This document shows, piece by piece, positions 18,877 through 28,082 of a stretch of DNA of 64,000 nucleotides. The notes under the pieces were generated by a model that was not told where the DNA came from, did no database searches, and saw only the letters and a program-made list of their open reading frames with translations. The translations under genes were made by a program, and so were the position numbers. The stretch's first letter is position 1. Each line of letters starts with the position of its first letter. Source of the DNA: a bacterium (lineage in GTDB: Bacteria > UBA8248); the NCBI GenBank assembly GCA_965204535.1, contig OZ241996.1:1344001-1408000 (forward strand), read 5' to 3'.

Positions 18877-21001
18877 GGGACATGTGCTTATCGTCGATGA
18901 TGAGCGTGAAATACTCGTGAGCCTGGAAGATGTCTTGCTGGATGAAGGGTATCGCGTAGAACGGGCCGAGTCCGGAGAAACTGCTCTTCAGTTGGTCCGG
19001 ACCGAAGCTCCCGATGTGGTTCTGGTTGATGTGTGGATGCCCGGCATTGATGGAATCAAAACTTTACAAGCAGTGAAAGAGTCCAACGCAGATATCGAAG
19101 TCGTCCTGATGTCGGGCCACGGCAATATTGAGACCGCAGTGGCCGCAACAAAGTCAGGAGCTTTTAATTTCATTGAAAAACCTCTATCCATTGATACGGT
19201 TTTGCGCATAGTCGATTCCGCCGTTCAAGCGCGAAGGGCCAAGGATATTAAGGCGAATAATGTTGGCGACGTGATACTTGACGGTGCCAGCAAGCATGTT
19301 CAGAGGGTTCGAAGAGCAATCAGGAGAGCGGCGAAAGATATTGGGCCCTTGCTGATCGCAGGTGAAAGGGGAACCGGCAAGCGTTTTATCGCAAGGGCGA
19401 TCCACGAGAACGGCGCCGGAAAAGAAGAAGGCTTTCGGCCTGTTCATTGCCGTTCGCTGTTTCCAATGGCGGAGATATGCGAATGGGAAGATGCCCTGGA
19501 GCGGCTGGTGCCCGATACCTTTCAAGGGACTATATATCTGGATGGTCTGGAACAGTTGCCCATAGCGGAGCGTGGAAAATTTCTTGTTCAATTTCTTGAG
19601 CGCATAGAGGATTCAAAGCGTTTAATCGTATCCGTTGATTACATAGGAACTCCAAAGGATAAGGCTTACGTGGAAGCCTTATCTGATAAAATTGGCGCGG
19701 ATGTAATACACTTGCCCCCTTTGCGCGAACGCAAAGGGGATATTTTGCCGTTAGCAAACAGATTCTTGAGTGAATGCGTTGAAGTTGGCGGGCATGAAAA
19801 GGAATTTCCTGAGGATGTCATTGCGGTTCTGGAGGACTATGACTGGCCGGGCAATATTGCTGAATTAAAAGGTGCAGTGACCAAAGCGGCATCCACATCG
19901 CAAGGATCGGAGATTCACATCGACCACTTGCCGGACACGATACGCGAGGCTTCTGATTTCGAGGTGAGCACATCAAAAAACGATACCCCGTCCAATTTTA
20001 ATGTGGCCAGAACGCAGTGGGAGAGACAGTACCTTGCCTTCCATTTGGAGGAGCACGGTTGGGACATCAATAAGACCGCCAAGGCGGTGGGCATGACGAA
20101 ACCTGCTTTAATGCGAAAAATTAAAACATACAATATAGAACCCATATTGCCGGCGTCGACGACGCTAAGGGAATCAAATCAGAGGAGCATTTCGAAAAGT
20201 GTCGTATTGTATGGCCGGGGGCTTCACTCAGGGCTGAAAACCGGATTGATCATCGAGCCTCTGCCACCGGGGAGCGGGATACAATTCGGCAACCTGACAA
20301 GCCCCGATACTGTGAGGGCGAGTGTCGATTTCGTGGATGGCACCAACCATGCGACAAACTTGCGCAATGGGACTGTGACTGCTCGAACAATTGAGCATCT
20401 CATGAGCGCGCTGCACGCATATAAGATAAGCAATATACTCATCAAAATGAGTGAGGAAGTGCCCGTCATGGATGGGTCGGCAGTGGAGTTTTGTCTCTTG
20501 CTTGAAGAAGCAGGCATTGAAGATCAGGAAGAAAAACGCGAGGACTTGTGGATTGATAAGGTATATGAGGTAGGTGAACCGAATGACGGAAAGGGCTACG
20601 TTCGTATCGAGCCGGCGGATTCTTTTTCGGTTTCATACCTTATTGATTATCCTAAACCGATTGGGAAGCAAACCTACGTGTATGAGCACAAGAATGCATT
20701 GGGTTTTCAGGAAGAAATCGCACCGGCCCGTACTTTTGGTTTTGTCAATGAGTTGGAGTCGCTCGAAAAAATGGGCTTGGCCGAGGGAGGTCGTTGGGAT
20801 AACGTGATTCTCGTGGACAAAGCACGCGTTGTGAATACCCGATTGCGATTTCCCAATGAGTTCGTTCGCCATAAAATTCTTGACGTGATCGGAGATCTGT
20901 ATTTAACCGGTCGTCCCGTCCGAGGAAAAGTAACCGCTGAGAGAAGTGGACACCGACATAATGTAGCTTTGGTCAAGAAATTGATGGAAGTCCATGGCTG
21001 A
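18869..21001 (+). CDS. lpxC: Fusion of an NtrX-like response regulator (REC, degenerate AAA+, HTH) with UDP-3-O-acyl-GlcNAc deacetylase LpxC
   Basis: Single 710-aa ORF: DDE, D54(VWMP), MSGHG and EKP receiver motifs; GERGTGK; WPGN; then QRSI...GRGLHSG, TIEHLMSAL, EVPVMDGS, IAPARTFGF, RFPNEFVRHKILD and SGH. Confidence 0.92.
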   Translation: MDKGHVLIVDDEREILVSLEDVLLDEGYRVERAESGETALQLVRTEAPDVVLVDVWMPGIDGIKTLQAVKESNADIEVVLMSGHGNIETAVAATKSGAFNFIEKPLSIDTVLRIVDSAVQARRAKDIKANNVGDVILDGASKHVQRVRRAIRRAAKDIGPLLIAGERGTGKRFIARAIHENGAGKEEGFRPVHCRSLFPMAEICEWEDALERLVPDTFQGTIYLDGLEQLPIAERGKFLVQFLERIEDSKRLIVSVDYIGTPKDKAYVEALSDKIGADVIHLPPLRERKGDILPLANRFLSECVEVGGHEKEFPEDVIAVLEDYDWPGNIAELKGAVTKAASTSQGSEIHIDHLPDTIREASDFEVSTSKNDTPSNFNVARTQWERQYLAFHLEEHGWDINKTAKAVGMTKPALMRKIKTYNIEPILPASTTLRESNQRSISKSVVLYGRGLHSGLKTGLIIEPLPPGSGIQFGNLTSPDTVRASVDFVDGTNHATNLRNGTVTARTIEHLMSALHAYKISNILIKMSEEVPVMDGSAVEFCLLLEEAGIEDQEEKREDLWIDKVYEVGEPNDGKGYVRIEPADSFSVSYLIDYPKPIGKQTYVYEHKNALGFQEEIAPARTFGFVNELESLEKMGLAEGGRWDNVILVDKARVVNTRLRFPNEFVRHKILDVIGDLYLTGRPVRGKVTAERSGHRHNVALVKKLMEVHG

Positions 21002-21052
21002 TTTTGGGTACATCCCGAACGATTCCGCCTGCTAAATCATGGAACATCACTT

Positions 21053-22108
21053 TTGAATGAGGATTGTCTGACATACCGCGACGCGGGCGTCGATATCGAG
21101 TTGGGCGAGGGTTTCGTTCAGGCTATCGCCCAAATTGTAAAATCCACCCATTCTAGCCAAAGTGGCCGTATTCTGAAGGGGACGACGGATTTTGCAGGTT
21201 TGTTCCGTCTGGGCGGGGAATATGAAGATCCTGTACTTGTTTCAGGGACCGACGGTGTCGGCACGAAATTGCTCTTGGCCCAAGAGTTCGAGCGTCATGA
21301 TTCCATAGGGGTCGACTTGGTGGCCATGTGCGTCAACGATATCCTAGCCATGGGCGCAGAACCGCTTTTTTTTCTTGACTACATTGCGACGGGCAAGATT
21401 GATCAGAGCGTATTGAAGACAGTCGTATCCGGGATTGCGCGAGGATGCCGGGAAGCAGGATGCGCCCTCCTCGGGGGTGAGACCGCCGAGATGCCTGATA
21501 TGTATAAGTCGGGCGTGTATGATCTCGCCGGATTCGCCGTGGGAGTGGTTGAGCGTGGAAACCTCGACAATAGAACGCCTGTAAAAGCAGGTGATGTTAT
21601 TGTAGCTCTTCCTTCTTCAGGAATTCATAGCAACGGATATTCTTTGGTGCGAAAAATATTTGATTCAAAAGAAACACGGGATGCGGCGGCGCAAAAGCTA
21701 GGTGCTCTCATTGAAGATGTTTTATTGGAGCCGACCCGGATTTACGCCAAAGGGGTCCATTCCGTTCGAAGAGAAGAGGGAATTAGCGGCATCGCGCACA
21801 TCACTGGAGGTGGAATTCCGGGAAACGTAAACCGTGTCATGCCAGATGAATTGCAGGCTAAATTTTATCCTGAAAAATGGGTGGCGCCCGAGATATTCTC
21901 ATTGATCCAAGAATTCGGCCCGGTTGAGAGCGCGGAGATGTATCATACTTTCAACATGGGCTTGGGTTTTGTCTTTCTCGTGAGATCGGAGCGAGCCGAG
22001 TCTTTGCTTGGATGTTTGAAAAATGCGGGAGAACAAGCCATGGTTGTTGGCGAAGTCGCCAATAAACCGAAGGGCGGCCAATCCGTCGTCATTGAGGGCG
22101 TATTTTAG
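21053..22108 (+). CDS. purM: Phosphoribosylformylglycinamidine cyclo-ligase
   Basis: TYRDAGVD, GTDGVGTK, GGETAEMP, HSNGYSL, HITGGG and TFNMG motifs. Confidence 0.97.
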   Translation: MNEDCLTYRDAGVDIELGEGFVQAIAQIVKSTHSSQSGRILKGTTDFAGLFRLGGEYEDPVLVSGTDGVGTKLLLAQEFERHDSIGVDLVAMCVNDILAMGAEPLFFLDYIATGKIDQSVLKTVVSGIARGCREAGCALLGGETAEMPDMYKSGVYDLAGFAVGVVERGNLDNRTPVKAGDVIVALPSSGIHSNGYSLVRKIFDSKETRDAAAQKLGALIEDVLLEPTRIYAKGVHSVRREEGISGIAHITGGGIPGNVNRVMPDELQAKFYPEKWVAPEIFSLIQEFGPVESAEMYHTFNMGLGFVFLVRSERAESLLGCLKNAGEQAMVVGEVANKPKGGQSVVIEGVF

Positions 22109-22761
22109 TGCATTCAGGAACACGATTACGTGTGGGTGTTTTGGCTTCGGGTCGTGGGTCCAACTTGCAAGCTCTTATTGATGCCGCGCGGAACGCGAAT
22201 TTCCCGGCGGAAGTTGTATTGGTGCTGAGCGACAAAAAAAATGCGTATGCGCTCAAGCGCGCCTCGATGGCCGGCATACGGGCTAGGCATCTGGCGCCGA
22301 AGGAGGAGGGTTTTTATCGGAAGATGGGCGATGAGATTGAAAATTACGGAATCGATCTCGTCTGTTGCGCTGGTTTCATGCGCATTTTACCGCCGGAGTT
22401 TGTCAACCGTTTCTCAGGAAGAATCATCAACATTCATCCCTCGCTTCTGCCGAGTTTCCCTGGTCTGCATGCACAAAGAAAAGCCTTGGATACCGGTGTG
22501 AGAGTGACCGGCTGCACGGTCCACTTTGTGGACGAGGGGGTGGATACGGGACCGATTATTTTGCAAGCTGCCGTACCGGTTCTGCCCCGTGACGATGAAG
22601 AAACCCTTTCGGAGAGGATTCTCGCTTATGAGCACCGCATCTACCCACTGGCGGTGCGACTCATCGCCGAGGGGAGCGTTCGTTGGGTTGATGGTGTTGC
22701 GGAATACATGGGCGACGCTTTTCTGGATGGCGGAGGTTTCATCTCACCTGTTTCGGAGTAG
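22108..22761 (+). CDS. purN: Phosphoribosylglycinamide formyltransferase
   Basis: SGRGSNLQA, NIHPSLLP and GCTVHFV...DTGPII motifs. Confidence 0.96.
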   Translation: MHSGTRLRVGVLASGRGSNLQALIDAARNANFPAEVVLVLSDKKNAYALKRASMAGIRARHLAPKEEGFYRKMGDEIENYGIDLVCCAGFMRILPPEFVNRFSGRIINIHPSLLPSFPGLHAQRKALDTGVRVTGCTVHFVDEGVDTGPIILQAAVPVLPRDDEETLSERILAYEHRIYPLAVRLIAEGSVRWVDGVAEYMGDAFLDGGGFISPVSE

Positions 22762-22786
22762 TCATTCATAAAGGATTACAAGAGTT

Positions 22787-23515
22787 TTGCGCAAATTGAG
22801 TTTTTTCATACTGGTATTCGGTTTTTCGTTTTTCGCATTTTTGCAAGAGTACGCTCTCGCCGCGTCTATGGCGGAAGAATCGCGTCCAAAGGCGGAGAAA
22901 ATAATCACCGAACTTCAGAAAAAATATGACACACTTGAATCTCTGCAAGCCTCATTCGAGCAGAAAAATGAATTGAAGTCCCTCGGGCGAACGACGACGT
23001 CGAGCGGAACCCTGTTGTGGAAGAAGCCCGGCAGACTCCGCATGGAGTACGTTACGCCTGAAAAGCAACTCCTGGTTTCCGATGGCCACACGTTTTGGCT
23101 CTACACCGCTCGCTTCAAGCAGGTGATGGTTTCCAAAACCGGGGGCTTTGGGTTTGGCGCCACTCCTTTGTTATTTTTGTCAGGAAAGGGGAATTTGAAA
23201 AAGAATTTTCATGTAACTGTGGAAGAGGTTGGAATTGCCGAACGAAGCGGGGGGATTTGGAGGGCCGGTCAGCCCCATCGCATTCGCATGGAGCCGAAGG
23301 CTGCGAGCGCTTCGTTTCGCCGAATGTGGATCGAAGTGGAGCCTGAAAATTTCAGGATCCTCACTCTGGTTTATATTGATAACATCGGCAACAAGAGCCA
23401 TCTGCGGTTTTCAAATATCAAAGAAAACGTCAGAATCACAAGAGAGGAATTTCGATTTATCGTGCCGCCGAACGTCGAAGTTCTGCAAATGCCGTCTCAC
23501 AGTGGCCAGCGATAA
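22787..23515 (+). CDS. lolA: Outer-membrane lipoprotein carrier LolA
   Basis: Signal peptide; ASFEQ, KKPGRLRMEY..PEKQLLVSDG and F.F.VP.NVEV motifs. Confidence 0.85.
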   Translation: MRKLSFFILVFGFSFFAFLQEYALAASMAEESRPKAEKIITELQKKYDTLESLQASFEQKNELKSLGRTTTSSGTLLWKKPGRLRMEYVTPEKQLLVSDGHTFWLYTARFKQVMVSKTGGFGFGATPLLFLSGKGNLKKNFHVTVEEVGIAERSGGIWRAGQPHRIRMEPKAASASFRRMWIEVEPENFRILTLVYIDNIGNKSHLRFSNIKENVRITREEFRFIVPPNVEVLQMPSHSGQR

Positions 23516-23524
23516 AGGATTCTT

Positions 23525-24730
23525 TTGAAAATGGCGATGCAAGTCATAAACTGGGTGATGGGTTTTGGGCAGACGATTTTCTGGGCTGTGCTGGTTCTCG
23601 GATTGCTCATCTTTATCCATGAACTGGGCCACCATCTCGTCGCGAAATGGCTCAAAATCGGCGTTTCCACGTTTTCCTTGGGTTTCGGGTGCCGCATCTG
23701 GGGTTTTCAGCGGGGAGAGACTGAATATCGCGTGTCCCTGATCCCTTTGGGCGGTTATGTGAAGCTCGTGGGGGAAGACCCCGAAGCACAACCTGATAAT
23801 CCCGATATTCCCAAAGAACCGGATGAGCCGGAGAAATCATTCTACTTGCGGCCTGTGAGTCACCGATTGGCTGTGATTTCGGCGGGGCCTTTGTTTAATG
23901 TCGCCTTGGCGATACTCCTCAGTTGGGGGTTGCACCTTGGAGGTATTCCCGTCCCTGGAACGTGGGTCGGCGGTGTTTTGCCCGATACGCCTGCACAAAA
24001 GGCGACCCTTCAAGCAGGCGATCACATCGTTGCCATCGATGGGAAGAGGATTCAGAAATGGTCCGAGCTTGTCGAAATTATACGAAGAAACGCCGATAAT
24101 AAACTCGTTTTGACGGTGGAACGCGGCCGCAAATCCTTTGAAACGTCGATCATTCCGACATCGAAGAGTGCGACGGGCAAGGAGTTGGGTTATGGCCGAA
24201 TCGGTATCAGTATCGGTCAAGGCACTTACACCGAGCGTTTTGGCTTTTTTGAGTCCCTGGGGAAGGGATTCGAACAGAATTACCGCATCGCCAGCTTAAC
24301 GGTCATTACGCTGTATTCGATGCTCACGAAGACCATTCCGGCGGACATTGGCGGCCCGATTCGTATTTCTGTGGTGGCCGCGGAGCAGGCGCAACGCGGG
24401 TTCCGCTATCTCATCATGTTTACGATTTTACTCAGCATTAACCTGGCGATTTTGAACTTGTTGCCAATCCCGGTTCTCGATGGCGGGCATATTTTTTTCT
24501 TGCTTATCGAAGCCTTGCGTGGCAAACCTATCAGCCTCAGGGTCCGAGAGGTGGCCATGCAGGTCGGCACCGTTCTTCTCATCGGTTTGATGATCTTTGC
24601 TACCTACAAGGACAGCGTGTATTATCTTTTTGGGAGGGACTCGGCAACGATAACGAAAAAAGAAGAGCAAAAGGGAAAAAGTAGGGATACAATGAAATTA
24701 TCTCCTGAAAGCCAGAAAGGCGGCAAATAG
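23525..24730 (+). CDS. rseP: RIP metalloprotease RseP
   Basis: HELGH, FSLGFG, IPLGGYVK, AGPLFN, a PDZ domain and NLLPIPVLDGG. Confidence 0.95.
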   Translation: MKMAMQVINWVMGFGQTIFWAVLVLGLLIFIHELGHHLVAKWLKIGVSTFSLGFGCRIWGFQRGETEYRVSLIPLGGYVKLVGEDPEAQPDNPDIPKEPDEPEKSFYLRPVSHRLAVISAGPLFNVALAILLSWGLHLGGIPVPGTWVGGVLPDTPAQKATLQAGDHIVAIDGKRIQKWSELVEIIRRNADNKLVLTVERGRKSFETSIIPTSKSATGKELGYGRIGISIGQGTYTERFGFFESLGKGFEQNYRIASLTVITLYSMLTKTIPADIGGPIRISVVAAEQAQRGFRYLIMFTILLSINLAILNLLPIPVLDGGHIFFLLIEALRGKPISLRVREVAMQVGTVLLIGLMIFATYKDSVYYLFGRDSATITKKEEQKGKSRDTMKLSPESQKGGK

Positions 24731-24741
24731 GGATTTTGACC

Positions 24742-25986
24742 ATGTTTCAGCCATTTACGGACGACGTGTTTTACACGAAACCCATACCGGGAATCGGCCT
24801 GCCCCCCAAAGAGCAGGCCGGCACCACTCTGCCGATGGTTGAAGCGGATTCAACCGGCGAAGCGTTGCCTTGTGCGGATCCGTCGTTGTTCCCCCTGAAT
24901 CGACGAAAAAGCTCCCAGGTCGAAGTGCGGGGCGTCAAAATCGGTGGCGGCGCCCCCATCGTGGTGCAATCGATGTGCAACACCTACACGCACGATGTGG
25001 AGGCAACCATAGCTCAAATCGAACGCCTGGAAGCCGCCGGGTGTGAAATTGTGCGTTTGGCCGTTCCTGACGAGAAATCGGCCAATGCGCTCTCTAAAAT
25101 CAGAAAACGCACCGAGATGCCCTTGGTGGCGGATATCCATTTCGATTATCGCTACGCCTTGATGGCGGCGGATGCGGGGATAGATTGCTTGCGCATCAAT
25201 CCCGGTAACATCAATGGAGAGGAACGGGTGAGTGAGGTGGTCGCCGCGGCGAAAGACCACGGCCTGCCCATTCGCGTGGGTGTGAACGCCGGTTCTTTGG
25301 AAAAGCATCTGCTCGATCGTTTTGGCGGCGCAACCCCCGAAGCTATGGTGGAAAGTGGTTTGCGTCATGTCGCCATGCTGGAGAAGCGAAACTTTTATGA
25401 CACGAAAATCTCCCTGAAAGCTTCCGATGTCGCGAGGGCGGTGAAAGCCTATCGGTTGATGGCGAAACGCGTCGAGTATCCTCTCCATCTCGGCATCACG
25501 GAGAGTGGAAGCCTCCAGACGGGGAGCATAAAAAGCGCTGTCGGCCTGGGCATTCTGCTCTCAGAAGGCATTGGCGACACCATTCGCGTTTCCTTGGCCG
25601 CGGACCCGGTGGAGGAAGTGCGCGTGGGCTACGAAATTCTGAAAAGCCTCAAGTTGCGCCAAAAGGGCGTGAATGTTGTCGCATGTCCATCATGCGGGCG
25701 TGTCCAGATTGACGTGGATAAGCTGACCATGGAGATAGAACAAGAGCTGGCCCACATCAATGCTCCCATCACGGTGGCTGTCATGGGTTGTGAGGTGAAC
25801 GGTCCCGGAGAGGCGAAAGACGCAGACATCGGCGTGGCCGGCGGCCACAAACGAGCTCTGATTTTCATGAAAGGTGAAAAATCGGGCTTGGTGTCCTATG
25901 AGGATATCAAGAAAAATCTGGTTGAGCGTGTAGAGCAACTTGCAGAGCAATATGAACGAGGTCAATTCGAGATAGCTCATTCCTGA
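24742..25986 (+). CDS. ispG: HMBPP synthase IspG
   Basis: VQSM, VADIHF, RINPGN, RVGVNAGS, CPSCGR and MGCEVNGPGE motifs. Confidence 0.96.
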   Translation: MFQPFTDDVFYTKPIPGIGLPPKEQAGTTLPMVEADSTGEALPCADPSLFPLNRRKSSQVEVRGVKIGGGAPIVVQSMCNTYTHDVEATIAQIERLEAAGCEIVRLAVPDEKSANALSKIRKRTEMPLVADIHFDYRYALMAADAGIDCLRINPGNINGEERVSEVVAAAKDHGLPIRVGVNAGSLEKHLLDRFGGATPEAMVESGLRHVAMLEKRNFYDTKISLKASDVARAVKAYRLMAKRVEYPLHLGITESGSLQTGSIKSAVGLGILLSEGIGDTIRVSLAADPVEEVRVGYEILKSLKLRQKGVNVVACPSCGRVQIDVDKLTMEIEQELAHINAPITVAVMGCEVNGPGEAKDADIGVAGGHKRALIFMKGEKSGLVSYEDIKKNLVERVEQLAEQYERGQFEIAHS

Positions 25987-26000
25987 GAAAAATCTGATTC

Positions 26001-27713
26001 ATGCGATTCTCACGCGGGTTTATACCCACATTAAAAGAAGCGCCCGCTGATGCGGAAGTCGTCAGCCATAAACTGATGGTACGGTCGGGCATGATTCGCC
26101 GCCTGGCGGCCGGGGTATACACGCTTTTGCCCCTCGGCGTGCGCGTGCAGCGCAAAGTCGAACAGATTTTGCGCGAGGAGTTGAATCGCGCAGGCGCACA
26201 AGAGGTTTTCCTGCCAACGCTGAATCCCGCAGAGCTTTGGCGAAAAACGGGACGGTGGGAAGTGTACGGCAAAGAATTGCTCCGCTTGAAAGATCGCCAT
26301 GAGCGTGATTTTTGTCTGGGTCCCACACACGAGGAGGTAATCACCGATCTGGTGGCGCGCGAAGTGAGGAGTTATCGGGAACTGCCTCTCAACCTGTATC
26401 AGATTCAAACGAAATTCAGAGATGAGATAAGGCCCCGCTTCGGCGTCATGCGAGGGCGGGAGTTTACGATGAAGGACGGCTACAGCTTTGATCGAGACGA
26501 GGCGGGTGCGGAGCAAAGCTATGAAGAAATGGTGCAAGCCTATACCCGGATATTTCGGCGTTGTGGTTTGAAGTTCAGCGCTGTGGAGGCGGATTCAGGT
26601 GCTATTGGCGGGAGTTTTTCGCATGAGTTCATGGTCATGGCCGATACAGGTGAGGAAGCGATCACCGTTTGTGATTCGTGCGCGTACGCAGCGAACGTCG
26701 AAAAATCGCCGGTATCTTTGAAGTTACCCGAGACCGAAGAAAGCGAGCTTAAAAAAGTTCATACTCCCGGCGCCCATACGATAGAGGAGGTTGCCGAATT
26801 TTTTTCTTTGCCTCCATATCGCATGGTGAAAACTCTTTTGTATGTTGCGGATGGTGAGCCGGTGGCGGCAATGATTCCAGGCCACAGGGATTTGAATGAA
26901 ATCAAACTGAAGAATGCGCTTGATGCGGTGGATATAAAGCTTGCTGACGCCGAGACGGTAGAGGAGCTCACCAATTCCGAAGTGGGTTTCGCAGGCCCTG
27001 TAGGCTTGTCGAATGTCCGACTCGTCGCCGATTACGCCATTGAAAATAGAGGCGGGCTCATTGTCGGGGCGAATCAAACAGACTATCACTACACGGGCGC
27101 GCGCGAGGGTCGTGATTTTGAGGCAAGTGAATTTGCAGACCTTACCGTTGCCCAGGAAGGAGATGCTTGTCCCAGTTGTAAAGCGGAGCTCAGCATCAGG
27201 CGCGGGATCGAAGTGGGGCATGTCTTCAAACTGGGTTGTAAGTATTCCGAATCCCTGGATGCTACCTATCAGGATGAGAGTGGCGAGACGCACACCATCG
27301 TCATGGGTTGTTACGGCATTGGCGTGGGCCGCACAGTGGCGGCAGCCATAGAGCAGAACCATGATGAGGACGGCATTATCTGGCCGACTCCCATCGCTCC
27401 ATATCATGTGGACATCATTCCGGTGAGAGTGGATGATGAAACCATGAAAGTTTGCGATGGCATATACGATTCGCTCGAGTCCGCAGGGCTGGATGTTGCG
27501 CTTGATGACAGGGATGAGCGCCCGGGTGTGAAATTCAAGGATGCCGACCTTATCGGTTTTCCCTATAAGATAGTCGTCGGACCAAAGAGGCTCAAGGAAG
27601 GAAAAATCGAGTTGAAATCGAGGAAAACAGGGGATACACAATTTGTGGCGATAAACGAGGCTGCATCTTTTCTCAAAAATCTGATTTCCGAAGAAATGGA
27701 TTTCGTCGGATAA
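26001..27713 (+). CDS. proS: Proline--tRNA ligase with editing insertion
   Basis: GPTHEE, KFRDEIRPRFGVMRGREF, GIEVGHVF and MGCYGIG motifs. Confidence 0.97.
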   Translation: MRFSRGFIPTLKEAPADAEVVSHKLMVRSGMIRRLAAGVYTLLPLGVRVQRKVEQILREELNRAGAQEVFLPTLNPAELWRKTGRWEVYGKELLRLKDRHERDFCLGPTHEEVITDLVAREVRSYRELPLNLYQIQTKFRDEIRPRFGVMRGREFTMKDGYSFDRDEAGAEQSYEEMVQAYTRIFRRCGLKFSAVEADSGAIGGSFSHEFMVMADTGEEAITVCDSCAYAANVEKSPVSLKLPETEESELKKVHTPGAHTIEEVAEFFSLPPYRMVKTLLYVADGEPVAAMIPGHRDLNEIKLKNALDAVDIKLADAETVEELTNSEVGFAGPVGLSNVRLVADYAIENRGGLIVGANQTDYHYTGAREGRDFEASEFADLTVAQEGDACPSCKAELSIRRGIEVGHVFKLGCKYSESLDATYQDESGETHTIVMGCYGIGVGRTVAAAIEQNHDEDGIIWPTPIAPYHVDIIPVRVDDETMKVCDGIYDSLESAGLDVALDDRDERPGVKFKDADLIGFPYKIVVGPKRLKEGKIELKSRKTGDTQFVAINEAASFLKNLISEEMDFVG

Positions 27714-27817
27714 TTTATGAGATTCTCGGATTCTTCTTCGAAAAGGATTTTGGATTTCCTTATCAAATGTTGGTCGCGTCCGGGGTTTAGGGCGAGGGAA
27801 AAGCAAAAATAGAAAAC

Positions 27818-27847
27818 TTGACGTTTTCGGGCCTGTGCATTTATATT
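27818..27847 (+). promoter_or_regulatory. Putative sigma70 promoter for the small-ORF / tRNA-Met / tilS unit
   Basis: TTGACG-17/18 nt-(T)TATATT with an A-rich upstream tract. Confidence 0.55.
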
Positions 27848-27890
27848 CTGCTCCTGTAGCGAGGTGAGTTTTGGAAGGAGATAGTCGAGC

Positions 27891-28082
27891 GTGGCCTACC
27901 AGGGAGTTCGCGAGTGTGCAGTTTGCGCTTGGCGAGAGGGTTGCCGCCTGAAGTATCGCAATGAACCGAACGGAGCGATTTTTTGTCCGGAATTTTCTCC
28001 GGATTTGAAGATACAACAAACCGAATCGAGGGAAATGCCGCCTTCGCCCGAAGGCTTGGAACGGGGAGCAAATGACAAATGA
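27891..28082 (+). CDS. Small four-cysteine protein (63 aa)
   Basis: GGAAGGAG RBS before GTG; CAVCAWREGC...CPEF pattern. Confidence 0.7.
   Translation: MAYQGVRECAVCAWREGCRLKYRNEPNGAIFCPEFSPDLKIQQTESREMPPSPEGLERGANDK

Noticed and set aside
20093-20180. Internal ATGs (20093, 20111) as an independent lpxC start
   Set aside because: Both lie within the HTH-coding segment, have no clear Shine-Dalgarno, and have no upstream stop. Not excluded experimentally.
12600-24000. Visibly lower GC stretch suggesting foreign origin of the ntrY / lpxC region
   Set aside because: The same composition covers core genes (mutS, purMN, lolA) and there are no mobility genes or boundaries. GC was not computed.
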